From Chiloscyllium plagiosum (Eukaryota), in assembly GCF_004010195.1 (NCBI RefSeq), contig NC_057719.1, positions 79,159,678 to 79,223,677 of the forward strand: DNA of 64,000 nt, read 5' to 3'. The stretch's first letter is position 1, and every line of letters starts with the position of its first letter. Below the pieces are notes generated by a model. It saw nothing but the letters and a program-made list of their open reading frames with translations. It made no database searches and was not told the origin of the DNA. This document shows positions 61,851 to 64,000 of the stretch, piece by piece. Both the position numbers and the translations under genes were made by a program.

Positions 61851-63557
61851 GTGAGTACACCCTTCAGATATGAGTCAATCCTCTATCAGGTGATCCTGCT
61901 CCGGTCCAGATCAGGTTCGAGAATCCACATCATCGACAGAGGGCTGCTCAGCCCATCACATCAGCAATTTGGCCCTTTTTCACTTGCTATTTTTCCTGCT
62001 TTTTCTCCATACCCAAGAACCTTTCAGCGTCGGAGGAGCCTGTGATTGCTTTTTGAGGGCTGCCCACTTATTCCCAACTCCCTGCAACACTCACTCCTTT
62101 GAATCTTTATCCACTGACATTCTGAAAAATGGTCAGTGGATTCTGCTTCCGCACCCCTTTGTGTGTGTGTGTGTGTGTGTGTGTGTCTGTCTGTCTGTCT
62201 CTAACTAAATGACTTGAATCCTTTGTGTAAAAAGGAAAGTTAAGCCGTTTGCAGAGGTAAGAGGTGAAAACATTTTCAAGCTAGTTGGGGAGGCTGAAGG
62301 GAAAAGCATTACGGCCGAAAGAAAAGTCTTCCAGCCCCACAACAGACGAGAGAGCAGTCAGCACCATGATGCAAATGGCTGTTCAAAATGGGGACGAATA
62401 CCAAAGTTGAACAGTAGTTATAAGGCAGGAGTTAAGCCATACGTTTTCAAGCATAAGCATATCTTTACGAATGAGTTGGCAGAGCTAAGTGGGCTAAATA
62501 GACTCAAAAACACATTCCCAATGATTGAAGATGCTCACCTCCACATCCAAACAAATGCCAGGGAGGAGATTTAATTAATGACCATTGTTCTAGCATTAGT
62601 GGACGCTGGCAAGGGGACTAATAAATTGACAACAGGCTAAAGAAGGGTCTATATTCCAAAACGTTGTTAATAGATACACAAGCAGCATCAGATCACATAG
62701 TTTCACTTCTTGTCTTCACGAAAATTAATAGAATCAATTATCAGGAGTAAATTTGAGGAATTTCTCTACCATCAGCATCTGATTAACATGAGGCTGCATG
62801 GAATCCAACTGGGAAAATTGCTGCCTGAATCTCTCCCCACCTTTTTGAGAAAACTGGTGTTTTCTGATATACCCCTTTTTTTTTAAATGTTGTTCCTGGA
62901 TGGGAGTCAGGTGACTATCAGCCAAGCTCAGCAGTGCCACCAGGAGAGGTGGCCACCAATGGGTTTGCACCTGGCAACCTACAGACTGTGGCAAAGCCCT
63001 ATGTCATAGCACCCCTCAACTTCATTCAAAGGTGTTTGAAAGCGATAGTCATCTGATTGAGGAGCTGAAAACATCAAGCCCCGTTATGGGAGTTATGACC
63101 GTGAGGGCTGGGTAGAATGGAATGAGTGCTTGTGGTTGGCATCATCATGGTTTTGAGTATTATTGGAACTCCAGGTGCCAGGAACAGCCATGTATGTTCG
63201 CTTGGCTAACACGTTGTCAACTGGCATATTGCAGGGTTTGTCCCATTACTGAGGAGTGACCACCAGATGGAGCCAGTACTGGTTTGCATCTGACAGCACT
63301 GACAATCCACCAAACACAGGCCGGTGTGCAAGGAATTAGTGCCTAAAAATGATGGCTAACCCTTAGGCTTCACAGGAACTCGACTGGCAGTGTTTCATCT
63401 CCCGTTCCTATTCTGACAGGTAACAGTTTGCCCACTGGGGCCAGAATGGTCAAATTGTGTTAAGCATAGGCAGGAAACAACTACAGATACACTTCCATTG
63501 TCTGGCACTACCTTGCAATTAGCAAGAGAACATCTAGATGATGCCTGTCCTTTTATT

Positions 63558-63742
63558 TTTTTTTCCCTGTTTACATTATTTTATTAAACAAATTACAAAA
63601 ACAGTTTACAACAAACAATTACATTTACAGCTGCATACAAGAGACAGCAATTTTACAAGGGAGAGGAGCAGCAAAGCCAAGCCCCAAACCCTACCATTCA
63701 AACAGTTTACAGGGACATGAGGACAAACCTCAAATCCCAGTT
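63558..63742 (-). mobile_element. Short poly(A)-tailed retroposed insert with 16-bp TSD
   Basis: TSD tgcctgtccttttatt at 63542-63557 and 63743-63758. Minus-strand AATAAA (63580-63585) lies 15 nt before the A-run. Confidence 0.85.
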
Positions 63743-64000
63743 TGCCTGTCCTTTTATTCTCTCCTCCTGTTTCCAATTGGATACTTCTGTTGATTCACCT
63801 TGGGGTTTGAGCCCAGAACCCTCCTGCCTTTTCCGTTGTGTCATTGTCCTTCAAAGTCCGAGTTGCACCCAGTCCAGGAAGTGAAGGCCCAGTGTCTGTA
63901 TCTGTCTATTCTTTCTCAACCTGCTGCCTCAGTATATCTGAGCTCAGTCTTGCATTATCCTGAGGAACTTTTCTCTTCTGTCTTTTCATGTATAGCGCGG

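Overview
This is repeat-rich vertebrate genomic DNA, almost certainly from a cartilaginous fish (shark), judged from abundant HE1-like V-SINEs, CR1 LINEs and Penelope-like elements (PLEs). It has five assembly gaps. The one host gene is the 5' part of SPINT1 (HAI-1) on the + strand. Six coding exons join in frame across GT-AG introns: 9525-9948 (signal peptide + MANEC), 45526-45677 and 52728-52869 (PKD-like domain), 57295-57465 (Kunitz 1), a 36-nt linker micro-exon at 59808-59843, and 61725-61850 (LDLa). Kunitz 2 and the TM exons were not found and probably lie downstream. Most ORFs in the supplied track are TE remnants or noise. Most interesting observations: (1) a full-length tRNA-Ala(CGC) lies 6 nt upstream of a young SINE with no Pol III terminator between them, and the pair interrupts an older LINE fragment as one unit; (2) PLE-borne minimal hammerhead ribozyme motifs and short fold-back PLE inserts with TSDs; (3) a 1.6-kb element with ~100-bp inverted termini and a gag-like remnant; (4) a tandem array of CTCF-like motifs; (5) a higher-order 33/36-bp minisatellite next to the SPINT1 5' end; (6) a tandem duplication with a SINE-templated junction; (7) a poly(A)-tailed retrocopy with a 16-bp TSD. 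Repeat boundaries are approximate and no database searches were run.
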